NCBI GenBank assembly: GCA_900299115.1
Contig: OMIO01000160.1
Coordinates: 1 to 57,844 of the forward strand
DNA from: Methylocystaceae bacterium
GTDB lineage: Bacteria; Pseudomonadota; Alphaproteobacteria; Rhizobiales; Beijerinckiaceae
Direction: 5' to 3'
DNA length: 57,844 nt
Positions 1 to 9,323 of the stretch are shown piece after piece (positions within the stretch are counted from its first letter, which is position 1; every line of letters starts with the position of its first letter). The notes beneath the pieces were generated by a model. The model saw only the letters and a program-made list of their open reading frames with translations, had not been told where the DNA came from and ran no database searches. A program made the translations under genes and the position numbers.

Positions 1-739
1 CTTTCTTAATAGAGCGCATTGCCGCATTAAAGGTGACGCGAGACAAAAGCCCCTTACGTTTCTCTGCTGGGCTAAGCATACCAGCTAGAGCACTGTCATT
101 TCGAGTGTTAAAGAGATCAAACACGCTATGAAATAGCGCGTCTGTCTTCGTTTCAACCTCCGATAGACGGCGAATATCTAGCAATAACTCGTTTGGAACC
201 GGTTTTTGTTTGGTATTAATATCCATGAAAAGACGGCATTCTTGCGCACGCGATAATTTGTCATAAATTATGACTGGCGTACTGACGGATTTTTTTGCCA
301 GCTTAAAACCATACACACGATGCTGACCGTCAATAATCAGAAATGCGCGCGGATCAGGCTCAAACTCAATAACGCCCTTTTCCATATCATAATTTAGATT
401 AGCGCAGGCCTGAGCAGAAAGCACGATCGCCCCAGGCACGGTGCCAAATCCAGTGTCAATATAACGCGCTATTGATTTTGCGCGCCGGGGGTCCAGTAAT
501 CTCTGAAAACCTTTTTCTGGATTGTCATTGCGCGTTTCCACAACGCAGCTGGCGGCTAAAAGCGAACTTGGGAGAACGAGTGTATAAAAACGATGCTGTC
601 CCTGCTGAACCAGCAACGCCGCTTGTTGAGTAAGCTTCCGCCGACCTTCTGAGATCGCTAAACCGCTCGAAAAAAGTGGGTCCCCGCTGACAGAGCATGA
701 TTGATCGGCAACGAGGCCAACTTGCGTATCTCGATCCAT
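1..739 (-). CDS. DGQHR domain protein (DndB/ParB-Srx-like fold), 3' end outside window
   Basis: Manual translation from ATG 739 is open to the window edge: ...GFQRLLDPRRAKSIARYI...FLIIDGQHRVYG...LFMDINTKQKPV, carrying the QR, DGQHR and FxxIN motifs. Absent from the ORF track because it has no stop in the window. Confidence 0.9.
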   Translation of the reverse strand, partial: MDRDTQVGLVADQSCSVSGDPLFSSGLAISEGRRKLTQQAALLVQQGQHRFYTLVLPSSLLAASCVVETRNDNPEKGFQRLLDPRRAKSIARYIDTGFGTVPGAIVLSAQACANLNYDMEKGVIEFEPDPRAFLIIDGQHRVYGFKLAKKSVSTPVIIYDKLSRAQECRLFMDINTKQKPVPNELLLDIRRLSEVETKTDALFHSVFDLFNTRNDSALAGMLSPAEKRKGLLSRVTFNAAMRSIKK

Positions 740-1081
740 TTCTTGATCCCCACGGGGGCGAAGTCTTCAGCCTTCGCAAGAGCTGACTCTACGAATCATA
801 CGCGCGCATGGAGTCGAAAATAGGGAGGAAGTCCAATGTGAACAAGTAAATTTTGAGCAAGCTAAGATTTTTAATGAAATCTGCACAGTTGAGACGCAAA
901 ATCGCAAAGTTTCCAACTCGTGAAAAACGCCCTTTCGCTGGCAATGAATGCAGGTTATTGTTTTAAGTCAATAGATTGCCTGGGAAATAATTCATCCCGA
1001 CTGGAATGAAAAATATCTAAATGTTTCTAACCAGATTAAAAAATTCATAAAAGCTAGCCCAAGAGAGAAATAGACCACGCT

Positions 1082-1303
1082 ATGAACCGTCTCGATCGAC
1101 ATACTCACCCCGCAGAAGAGGCCGAGCTAGAATTTCTTGATGGTGAATATCGCGTGCGTAAAGCTGGAGCTTATGTGCGCTGTGCGGTTACGGGCCAGCC
1201 AATACTTTTAGAGGATTTGCACTACTGGAACGTAGACCTCCAAGAAGCCTATAGCGGTCCGCTGGCAAAGTTACGCCGAATTGGCGTTAAGAACTCCGAA
1301 TAA
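1082..1303 (+). CDS. DUF2093 family small protein
   Basis: LDGEYRV..G.YVRCAVTG.PI.LEDL.YWNVDLQEAY pattern; convergent with lpxK as is usual in Hyphomicrobiales. Confidence 0.8.
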   Translation: MNRLDRHTHPAEEAELEFLDGEYRVRKAGAYVRCAVTGQPILLEDLHYWNVDLQEAYSGPLAKLRRIGVKNSE

Positions 1304-2288
1304 GGCGTGCGCGCTCCAAGGAAGTTATTAAAATATTCACGAAGTCTTTTTTATTTTCTAAAATAAGATTGATCGGCAAAAAATCATAATCAATTATACA
1401 TTTTTCTATGCGCGCGGCGTCTTTCTCTGTTGTCACCAACAACGCCTTGTGACGTTCTGCGAGATTTCGCAGGGCTACCAGCTCTCTTTCTGAATAGAAA
1501 TGATGATCTGAAAACGCTAGTTCAGCAATACAATTGGCTCCAATTCGTCTTAATGTAGAAAAAAATTTCTCCGGACGCGCGAGCCCTGCAAATGCAATAA
1601 CACTCCTTCCTTTAAACCTCATGCTGTCATGTTGCGCCACGTCAACAAAGGCGTGAAATATATTGCTTTTAGACAAAAAGGATTGCGCGCGCTTATGCTG
1701 ATCTGGATTAATAATGATACAAATATCTGCACGATCCAGCTGGCTTGCTAAAGGCGCCCGCAGAGGCCCAGCAGGCAAGCAAAAACCATTTCCCACCCCG
1801 TATGTTGGGTCCAAGGCGAGTAAGTTTAAATCAGCCGCGAGCGCCTTGCTTTGGAATCCATCATCCATAATGAGGACGCTTGCTCCAGCGCTTAGGGCCA
1901 CCTGTGCTGCCGAAAAACGATCCACGCCGACAATCGTCATTGCCTCTTGCGCTAATAACAAAGCTTCATCGCCAACCTGATGGGCGTTGTGATATTTATG
2001 ATCGACGAGGAACGGCGGCGCAGTCAAATTGCTGCGGCCATGGCCTCGTGTCAAAAATGCAGGGCGCTCACCCATCTCTATAAGTAATTTCGCAACTAAT
2101 AATGCGAGGGGCGTTTTCCCATCTCCTCCGCACGTCAGGCCTCCAATAGCCAGCGTCGGCAAGGGAGCCCTTAACCCCGGACGCGCCATGCGTCTCTTAG
2201 CCAAAACGCCGTATAATACGCTCAAAGGGCGCAATATCTGCGCAGCAACCCCGGGCACACGCCAAAAATCTGGCGCCTTGGTTAGCAC
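1287..2288 (-). CDS. lpxK: tetraacyldisaccharide 4'-kinase
   Basis: GGDGKTP P-loop, GDEALLLA, MDDGFQ, PAGPLR, TTEKD motifs; downstream of waaA. Confidence 0.95.
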   Translation of the reverse strand: MLTKAPDFWRVPGVAAQILRPLSVLYGVLAKRRMARPGLRAPLPTLAIGGLTCGGDGKTPLALLVAKLLIEMGERPAFLTRGHGRSNLTAPPFLVDHKYHNAHQVGDEALLLAQEAMTIVGVDRFSAAQVALSAGASVLIMDDGFQSKALAADLNLLALDPTYGVGNGFCLPAGPLRAPLASQLDRADICIIINPDQHKRAQSFLSKSNIFHAFVDVAQHDSMRFKGRSVIAFAGLARPEKFFSTLRRIGANCIAELAFSDHHFYSERELVALRNLAERHKALLVTTEKDAARIEKCIIDYDFLPINLILENKKDFVNILITSLERARLIRSS

Positions 2289-3520
2289 GTCTCACCACGA
2301 ATGGCGGTTAGATACGGGGCCAAGGCATCCATTGTTTTACGAGATGCCCCAGTAACTTTTTCGACGACCTCTATTGCGGCGCGACCTTTGCGGCGCATTT
2401 CAGCAGGATGCATTAAAAATGAGGCAACAGCTTGCGTTAATGCAGCCCCATTATCCACACGCGTTGCAGCCCCTGCGTAGAGTAGAAGGTCATAGACTTG
2501 TGAAAAATTTTCAACTTGCGGTCCGTAAATGATCGCGCATCCGAATTTTGCCGGCTCAATCGGATTCTGTCCCCCGCCAACAGTCAATGACTTTCCCATG
2601 AACACCAGCCCAATAGTGCGAAAAATCATTGCTGTTTCGCCTACAGTGTCAAATATATAGATATCAACCCCCTGCAATGGAAACGGGCCTATCGATCGTA
2701 AGGCGACTTTTAATCCTCTTAATTGCGCGGCGTGCGCGATGTCTTGCGCCCGTCCAGGATGTCGAGGAATAATGAAGGTGATTAGTCCAGGCCTTTGTTG
2801 CATGAGCGCTATATGCGTATCAAAAATAAGCTCCTCCTCGCCTGGATGCGTTGATACTCCCGCCCATACCGGTCTAGCTGCAATCACTTGAGTGAGGGTG
2901 GAGAGCTCCACAATATCAATCAATGGGGCAGCCATATCAAATTTTAAATTTCCAGCAATTCTTACATCTTTTGCGCCTAAGCTCAGAAATCGAGCCGCAT
3001 TTAAGTAGTCCTGTGCCAGGCAAAGATTAATTCTGCCGAAAATTTTTTGCGCAGTTCCTGAAACGATCCGCCATCGATGAAAAGATTTTTTTGAAATACG
3101 CGCATTAACCAGGATCAAGGGAATCTGACGCCTATGAAGCTCTGTGACCATATTTGGCCACAACTCAGACTCAGAAAATAGCGCAAGATCTGGGCGCCAA
3201 TAATTTAAAAAGGAACAGATAATTTGCGGCGCATCTAGCGGCGCATATTGATGCAAAGCTCCCAAAGGCAATCGGGCGGAAATAACATGACCAGAACTAG
3301 GCGTGCCCGTCGTCACCAATACATTAAAATTCAGCTGAACCAGACGGTCAACTAAAGGAAGCAAAGAAAGACTTTCGCCAAGACTAGCGCCATGAAGCCA
3401 AACCAACTTACCCGGAGGCCGCTTCCGTCCCGCTTGGCCCAAACGTTCTGCAAATCTAACCGGATCCTCTTTGCCAATCCTAACGCGCCAATTGAGGAAA
3501 TGAGGCGCATATCGCGTCAT
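2282..3520 (-). CDS. waaA: 3-deoxy-D-manno-octulosonic acid transferase (true start uncertain)
   Basis: WLHGASLGE, ESELWPN, GNLKFD, STHPGEE, GGQNPIEPA motifs. Confidence 0.95.
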   Translation of the reverse strand: MTRYAPHFLNWRVRIGKEDPVRFAERLGQAGRKRPPGKLVWLHGASLGESLSLLPLVDRLVQLNFNVLVTTGTPSSGHVISARLPLGALHQYAPLDAPQIICSFLNYWRPDLALFSESELWPNMVTELHRRQIPLILVNARISKKSFHRWRIVSGTAQKIFGRINLCLAQDYLNAARFLSLGAKDVRIAGNLKFDMAAPLIDIVELSTLTQVIAARPVWAGVSTHPGEEELIFDTHIALMQQRPGLITFIIPRHPGRAQDIAHAAQLRGLKVALRSIGPFPLQGVDIYIFDTVGETAMIFRTIGLVFMGKSLTVGGGQNPIEPAKFGCAIIYGPQVENFSQVYDLLLYAGAATRVDNGAALTQAVASFLMHPAEMRRKGRAAIEVVEKVTGASRKTMDALAPYLTAIRGETC

Positions 3521-3640
3521 AATTTGCGTCGCGAATTGATAAAATATTAAAATTAATACAACTCCTCAACGAGTTCTCGCGACAATGAAGATCCGATAGA
3601 CGTCTAATCTAGGCAAAAGAGTTTAAGTCAGAAATGATAT

Positions 3641-3895
3641 TTATAAAAGATCGTGATCAGGATCGAGCAACTTATGTAAATGTACAACAAAATAGCGCAT
3701 ATGCGCGTTATCGACTGTTGAATGAGCCTTGGCTTTCCATGCCGCAAGAGCGCTTTCATTATCTGGAAATATACCAACTATATCTAACTTTGCCGGATCT
3801 CTAAACGCCACGCCATCCAAGGAGACAAGCTCCCCGCCAAATACCAGATTAAGTGACTGAGTATGTTCATTTTTATCTACGAGCGTCTGCGTCAT
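3641..3895 (-). CDS. DUF4170 family protein
   Basis: LVFGGEL...DIVGIFP...W..KA..TVDNAHMRYF..HLH.LLDP; typical position between cysQ and waaA. Confidence 0.85.
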   Translation of the reverse strand: MTQTLVDKNEHTQSLNLVFGGELVSLDGVAFRDPAKLDIVGIFPDNESALAAWKAKAHSTVDNAHMRYFVVHLHKLLDPDHDLL

Positions 3896-4712
3896 AAGCA
3901 GGATCTCCTTGTGAAAGAGCTAGAGCCAAAGCGCGGCTTTCGTTAAACAACGGCGCAGGCGCCGCAATGAGCATGCCACGCGTGACTTGGGAGCGATTAT
4001 ACACTAAGGGAGCCTGGTCTAATTCACTCAAAAAATAACCTGCTTCCCTGAGAATAATATCTGCCGCAGCGATGTCCCAGTCGCGGGAATTTGACGAAGC
4101 GATTACCAGATCATGTCGCCCCGCCGCAACGTCAGCAAGACGTAAAGCGAGCGATGGCGCTCTAGGCGCTAGGATAAAATTATGCGTCATGCTTTGAAGC
4201 GCAGCATGCATTGACCTTGGCGCAACAATTGCGGCGTTAGCAAGTGTATTTCGACGAGAAGCCATAAGTCGTCGACCATTTACAAACGCGCCCTGTCCCG
4301 AGGCCGCCGTGAACGTTTCACCTAAGGCAGGCGCATGGATAACACCCGCTATGGGTTGACCAGCGAGAACATAAGCAATTGAAATTGCCCAGCGGGCATC
4401 GCCACGCGCGAAAGCCGTCGTCCCATCGATTGGATCAACGACAATCAGCTCTTGATTGGCTAATCGCGCATCGCTGTCAGTGCTTTCTTCGGATAACCAA
4501 GCCGCTTCTGGACGCAGTCGGCGCAACTCCTGAATGAGAAAGCGATCAACCAGTAAATCCGCTTCTGTAACCGGCGAGCCGCCGTTCTTATAGGAAATAT
4601 CAGCGCTCGTACGCTCCCCTGGATTAAAAAATCCAAGGGCTAAATCGCCCGCGTTACGCGCCACCTTTTCGAGGTGAGGTAAAAAATCAATAACTTTAAG
4701 AGGATCGGGCAT
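3873..4712 (-). CDS. cysQ: inositol monophosphatase family / 3'(2'),5'-bisphosphate nucleotidase CysQ-like
   Basis: SPVTEAD, LSEE, VDPIDGT and WDIAAA motifs; ATG 4712 preferred over TTG 4748. Confidence 0.8.
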   Translation of the reverse strand: MPDPLKVIDFLPHLEKVARNAGDLALGFFNPGERTSADISYKNGGSPVTEADLLVDRFLIQELRRLRPEAAWLSEESTDSDARLANQELIVVDPIDGTTAFARGDARWAISIAYVLAGQPIAGVIHAPALGETFTAASGQGAFVNGRRLMASRRNTLANAAIVAPRSMHAALQSMTHNFILAPRAPSLALRLADVAAGRHDLVIASSNSRDWDIAAADIILREAGYFLSELDQAPLVYNRSQVTRGMLIAAPAPLFNESRALALALSQGDPAYDADARR

Positions 4713-4871
4713 TATAAGATCACTAGACCAGAGGGCTTGATCGAGCAAGTCGCCGCCAGCCTCGGTGGGAGCAAGCGCGCCCTATACGAAAATTTGATCG
4801 ATTATTAATCCAGAGCGAGCATAAATTTATATAAAGCTCATGCTTCCGCAATGTGCGTTGTTTTAAAAATC

Positions 4872-5990
4872 CTACTCAGCTGACTGCTCGGCGGAACTCT
4901 CATGAGTCGCAGCAAAACCTTTCCGAATCTCTGCTTCTTTTAAATTGCGTCCGATGAATACGAGTCGCGATTCTTGCTTTTCATCCTCTCTCCACTCTCG
5001 CTGCAAATCGCCATCTAGGATCATGTGGACGCCTTGGAACACAAACCGCTTCGGCTCATTCTTCAAAGCTACGATACCCTTGCAGCGCAAAATGTCTGCA
5101 CCCTCTCGCTGAACATAGTCATTTAGCCAGGGGATAAAGAGCTCAGGATTAACCGCTCCTTGATGGCGTACAGAGACCGATTGGATCTCCGTATCATGAA
5201 TAACCTCCAGATGATCATGCCCACTAGTGTGATGATGATGCTCCGGCGCGGTATGATCATGGCCATGAGCATGATCACACGCCTCTCCACACTGATGGCC
5301 CTCTTCCTGATGCGGATGATCATGCTGATTGGAAATCGAGCCATCCTGCGCGAGAAAACGGGGCTCTAGTTTCAAAATTCGTTCAAGATCAAATGCATTT
5401 TGATCTAATAGAACATTGAGAGGAACATTCGCTTTTACTGATCGATGCAGAATTGCATAAGGATTTATGCCTCGTATACGCGCCTCTACCTCACTCAACT
5501 CCGCCTGTGTCACAAGGTCGATTTTATTTAAAACAATGACATCAGCGAATGCGATTTGTGACTTTGCCTCAGGCGCATCTTTCAGTCTTTGGCTTAAAAA
5601 TTTAGCGTCAGCGAGGGTTACAACAGCATCCAACCGCGCTGCGTCCTTTACATCTGCGTCAACGAAGAAGGTTTGCGCGACTGGCGCTGGATCTGCAAGA
5701 CCAGTAGTTTCAACAATAATTGCATCAAATTTACCGCGACGCCGCATCAACCCTTCAATAATTCTGATCAAATCTCCGCGCACCGTACAGCAGATGCAGC
5801 CATTGTTCATTTCGAAGATTTCTTCGTCTGCGTCGACAACTAAATCATTATCAATACCAATTTCACCAAACTCATTTACAATCACAGCGTAACGACGCCC
5901 ATGGGGCTCGCTTAAAATCCGATTGAGTAAAGTTGTTTTTCCTGCGCCTAAATAGCCCGTAATTACCGTGACAGGAATTTTATTGCCCAA
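4872..5990 (-). CDS. CobW/COG0523 G3E-family GTPase metallochaperone
   Basis: [30 protein letters not shown] motifs, His-rich insert, CobW_C domain. Confidence 0.95.
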   Translation of the reverse strand: MGNKIPVTVITGYLGAGKTTLLNRILSEPHGRRYAVIVNEFGEIGIDNDLVVDADEEIFEMNNGCICCTVRGDLIRIIEGLMRRRGKFDAIIVETTGLADPAPVAQTFFVDADVKDAARLDAVVTLADAKFLSQRLKDAPEAKSQIAFADVIVLNKIDLVTQAELSEVEARIRGINPYAILHRSVKANVPLNVLLDQNAFDLERILKLEPRFLAQDGSISNQHDHPHQEEGHQCGEACDHAHGHDHTAPEHHHHTSGHDHLEVIHDTEIQSVSVRHQGAVNPELFIPWLNDYVQREGADILRCKGIVALKNEPKRFVFQGVHMILDGDLQREWREDEKQESRLVFIGRNLKEAEIRKGFAATHESSAEQSAE

Positions 5991-6031
5991 GACTTACTCC
6001 TATTTTTTATCAAGTCTAAGCTTATGGCGGC

Positions 6032-6925
6032 TTATGGCTTCAAAGCCCTGACGATCTCTTTAACATTGTGACGCATCATTTCGAGATAGGTCCCGCCATC
6101 CCCTTTTGCACTGGTCAGACTATCAGAGTAAAGCGTTCCGCCAAGATGAGCCTTAGTCTCGGCAGAAATTCTCTTTGCTAATCTGGGATCGGCGACATTT
6201 TCTAAAAACACAGCCTTAACTTTTTGGGCCTTCGCTGCATCAATAATCCGCGCGATGTCTCTGGCGCTCGCTTCGGCCTCAGTTGATACGCCCTGAGGGG
6301 CTAGAAAAGCAATGCCATAGCGGGCCGAAAAATACCCAAAAGCATCGTGCGTGGAAACAACCCGACGATCATCTAAAGGAATAGTCGCCAACGATTCGAT
6401 GATTTCATTATCTAATTTCGAGAGTGTCTCAATATATAATTGACTGTTTTTTTGATAGTCAGCGCTGTTATTTGGGTCGATTGCTATCAATGCCTGACAA
6501 ATTTCTTGTGTGTAAATTTTTACATTATTTACATCTTGCCACACGTGGGGATCAACTTCTCCCAGCCTCTCTTGCGCTTTAATCTTTTTACTTAAATCTA
6601 CAACAATCCCTTTGCTTTTTGTTACGTTGATCAATCGGGATAACCACCCCTCAAAACCCAATCCGTTTATAAAAATTATTTCCGCTTGGGCAATTTTTCG
6701 CGCGTCTGCGGGGCTGGGTTGATAGACATGGGCGTCTTCTTCGGGGCCAACAATCATCGTCACGCCGACATGATCGCCACCCACCTGCTGGACTAAATCT
6801 CCGATTATGGAAAAACTCGCTACTGCAGAGATTTTTTTGATCTCTGCTTGTGCTGGAGAAGTTAGGGACCCTAAGATAATGAAACAAAAAAAATAAACGC
6901 AACAAAAGCCGAGCGGGAAACGCAT
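6032..6925 (-). CDS. Zn/Mn ABC transporter substrate-binding protein (AztC/ZnuA-like)
   Basis: Signal peptide, DAHVYQP, NGLGFEGW, DPHVW, HDAFGYF, LYSDSL. Confidence 0.92.
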   Translation of the reverse strand: MRFPLGFCCVYFFCFIILGSLTSPAQAEIKKISAVASFSIIGDLVQQVGGDHVGVTMIVGPEEDAHVYQPSPADARKIAQAEIIFINGLGFEGWLSRLINVTKSKGIVVDLSKKIKAQERLGEVDPHVWQDVNNVKIYTQEICQALIAIDPNNSADYQKNSQLYIETLSKLDNEIIESLATIPLDDRRVVSTHDAFGYFSARYGIAFLAPQGVSTEAEASARDIARIIDAAKAQKVKAVFLENVADPRLAKRISAETKAHLGGTLYSDSLTSAKGDGGTYLEMMRHNVKEIVRALKP

Positions 6926-6928
6926 AAT

Positions 6929-7798
6929 TTATCCTTCAAGATGGCTACGAGGCCGACGCAATCGTAAAATACCACCGGCGCGACCAAAAAAAAGCGAGAC
7001 AAAATAGCAAATTCCAGCAACGAGAATAATTGCCGGCCCTGTTGGCGCGCCAGTTTCATTTGAAAAGACGAGACCCACATAGGCGCTAAAAACAGCAAAG
7101 GCCGCCGCTAATGGCAAAGCAACCACAAGCTGAAAGCTCCACAACCGCGCCGCCGCTGCTGGCAACATGATTAAACCGACGGCCATTAACGTGCCTAAGG
7201 CATGAAATCCTGCAACAAGATTTAGGACCACAAGTGTAAGAAATAAAAATGGAACAATTTCGCTGATCCTAGTGATTTGTCGCAGAAAAATAGGGTCCAA
7301 CGTATCAACAACAAAAGCTCGATAAAAAAGCGCTAGGCAGACAAGGGTGAACGTGCTGACGCCCACAAGCATGGATAGCCCTGGATTATCGAGACCAACA
7401 ACTGAACCAAATAGAATATGCAGCAAATCAATATTCGAACCGCGCATCGATACGAGCGTGACGCCTAGAGAAAGAGAAACAAGATAAAAAGCAGCGAGCG
7501 AGGCATCTTCACGCAAGGTTGTAAAACGAGCTGCTAAACCGGTTGCGAATGCAATAATAAGGCCCGCGATCAGTCCCCCGATCGTCATTGCCGGCAAAGA
7601 CAATCCAGCAATCAAATAACCAACAGCCGCCCCCGGTAAAATAGCGTGCGAAAGCGCGTCCCCCGCCAATGACATGCGGCGTAAAATCAAAAAAACGCCT
7701 AACGGCGCTCCCGAAATGGCCAGCGCAATAGAACCAACGAGCGCTCGACGCATAAATTCATATTCTATAAACGGCGTAATAAAGATATCAGTGATCAT
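6929..7798 (-). CDS. Zn/Mn ABC transporter permease (AztB/ZnuB-like)
   Basis: RRMSLAGDALSHAILPG, multiple TM segments, PTGPAII. Confidence 0.92.
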   Translation of the reverse strand: MITDIFITPFIEYEFMRRALVGSIALAISGAPLGVFLILRRMSLAGDALSHAILPGAAVGYLIAGLSLPAMTIGGLIAGLIIAFATGLAARFTTLREDASLAAFYLVSLSLGVTLVSMRGSNIDLLHILFGSVVGLDNPGLSMLVGVSTFTLVCLALFYRAFVVDTLDPIFLRQITRISEIVPFLFLTLVVLNLVAGFHALGTLMAVGLIMLPAAAARLWSFQLVVALPLAAAFAVFSAYVGLVFSNETGAPTGPAIILVAGICYFVSLFFGRAGGILRLRRPRSHLEG

Positions 7799-8564
7799 GA
7801 ACGATCGCTTCATCTAATAAACATTCTCGCGCATCTGAATCATAAGCTTCTGACATAGCGCGCGCTTTTTGCAGATTTTCCGTGGTCAAAACTTCTTGTG
7901 TTGGCCCCCAAGCAATACAGTGTCGGGCTAGCAACAATGTCTGCGCAAAGACGCGTCGCGCGAGCTCTAAATCATGCAATACTGTAATGACTATGCGACC
8001 TTCAGCGCACCAATGAGCGATAAGACTCAACAAATGCTCTGTTGTTGCCTCGTCAATCGCTCCGAAGGGCTCATCAAGCAGAATGACGGGTTCATCCTGC
8101 ATGATCAGCCGCGCGAACAAGACACGCTGCATCTGACCACCCGAAAGGGTCGCGATCGGCCGACGCTCTAGACCTGACAGCCCTACGCGCTGAATCGCTT
8201 GCTCAACGCTGTCATATTCTCTCGCAGTTAGTCCACCAAAAAGTCCGATGCGACGCAAAGCGCCTAAAGCAATGAAATCTTTCACATCAATTGGAAAACT
8301 GCGGTCAATTTCGATGAGCTGGGGCAAATATGCAATGGCTCGAGGGTCTCCAGAGCCATAGTCGATACGCCCGCCGATTGGCCTCAACAGTCCAGCCAAC
8401 GCTTTCAACAAAGTCGATTTTCCGGCGCCATTCGGTCCGCACACCGCCAAGGCCATTCCAGGCGAGATCGCTCCGCTCAGGTGATGAACCGCGGGTCGCC
8501 GCTCATATCCAAGTGTGAGATTGACCAGCTCGATCCCCCGGCGAATTTTATTTGGGTGATTCAA
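7788..8564 (-). CDS. Zn/Mn ABC transporter ATP-binding protein (AztA/ZnuC-like)
   Basis: GPNGAGKST, LSGGQ, LLDEP, VLHD; the likely TTG start at 8564 overlaps the stop of the upstream small ORF (TTGA). Confidence 0.92.
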   Translation of the reverse strand: MNHPNKIRRGIELVNLTLGYERRPAVHHLSGAISPGMALAVCGPNGAGKSTLLKALAGLLRPIGGRIDYGSGDPRAIAYLPQLIEIDRSFPIDVKDFIALGALRRIGLFGGLTAREYDSVEQAIQRVGLSGLERRPIATLSGGQMQRVLFARLIMQDEPVILLDEPFGAIDEATTEHLLSLIAHWCAEGRIVITVLHDLELARRVFAQTLLLARHCIAWGPTQEVLTTENLQKARAMSEAYDSDARECLLDEAIVHDH

Positions 8565-8743
8565 GTAAGCGCCCAATAAAAACTGGCCCATAAGCCGCCA
8601 ATAATAATTGACAACATAAATATCCGATCGCTGCTCGACCGACACAATAGACTATTGGCGCGCCTGGTCAGAACCCACTCCGAGGTTCCGTCCTTGCTGA
8701 AATGATCCATCTGTTGAGCTTCAGAAAAGAATTTTTTTCTCAT
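8561..8743 (-). CDS. small single-TM protein heading the zinc-uptake operon (start 8743 or 8710)
   Basis: SLL..S...R + hydrophobic C-terminal helix ending LWASFYWALT; stop overlaps the ATPase TTG; lies between the Zur-like box and the ATPase. Confidence 0.6.
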   Translation of the reverse strand: MRKKFFSEAQQMDHFSKDGTSEWVLTRRANSLLCRSSSDRIFMLSIIIGGLWASFYWALT

Positions 8744-8747
8744 ATTA

Positions 8748-8762
8748 ATGTTATATTGTAAC
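8748..8762. promoter_or_regulatory. putative Zur box
   Basis: Imperfect palindrome ATGTTATATTGTAAC resembling the proteobacterial Zur consensus (TGTTATnnTATAACA), directly upstream of a Zn ABC/COG0523 operon. Confidence 0.65.
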
Positions 8763-8972
8763 GGCCATTAATAACAAGACATCTCGTAAAAGCCTTTCAA
8801 CGCCCAGAAAAACCCTGAAAAAGCGCCCAATCAGCCGTGGACAGAGCGACAGCTCTCTGTTATGGCAGCGCACGGCCCGGGCGCTCCGCATGCGTTTGCA
8901 TTGTCTTTCCCAATTATAGGGACGATCTTTTCCAGGGCTTCTTTGACCGCCCCAACTACAGGATTGTTTTTC

Positions 8973-9206
8973 GTGCAAGTTCTCGTTCGTGACAATAATG
9001 TTGATCAGGCTCTGAAGGCTCTCAAGAAGAAGATGCAGCGTGAAGGCATTTTTCGTGAAATGAAGCTGCGCGGACATTATGAGAAACCCTCTGAGAAGCG
9101 CGCGCGTGAGAAAGCCGAAGCAGTCCGTCGCGCCCGCAAGCTCGCCCGCAAAAAATTACAACGCGAAGGCTTGCTGCCAATAAAGACAAAGATTATTGCG
9201 CGCTAA
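8973..9206 (+). CDS. rpsU: 30S ribosomal protein S21
   Basis: GTG start at 8973: [25 protein letters not shown]...YEKPSEKR. Confidence 0.97.
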   Translation: MQVLVRDNNVDQALKALKKKMQREGIFREMKLRGHYEKPSEKRAREKAEAVRRARKLARKKLQREGLLPIKTKIIAR

Positions 9207-9323
9207 AGTTACGCTTCCTATAGAATTTCCTCTTTCAGCGCATATTTTGTTAAGATTGTCGCGGCAAATATTTTGACCGCCACCGGGACGATTCCCGAAA
9301 TTTGCTTAAGAGGATCCAACGGC

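Noticed and set aside
525-779. 84-aa ORF in the ORF track
   Set aside because: Out-of-frame overlap with the DGQHR gene on the same strand; no recognisable features.
5200-5330. ATG/CAT-rich quasi-repeat
   Set aside because: It encodes the His-rich loop of the COG0523 GTPase and is not an independent repeat array.
8751-9077. 108-aa minus ORF and the N-terminally extended S21 call (8862)
   Set aside because: The first is an antisense shadow of rpsU; canonical S21 begins at GTG 8973.
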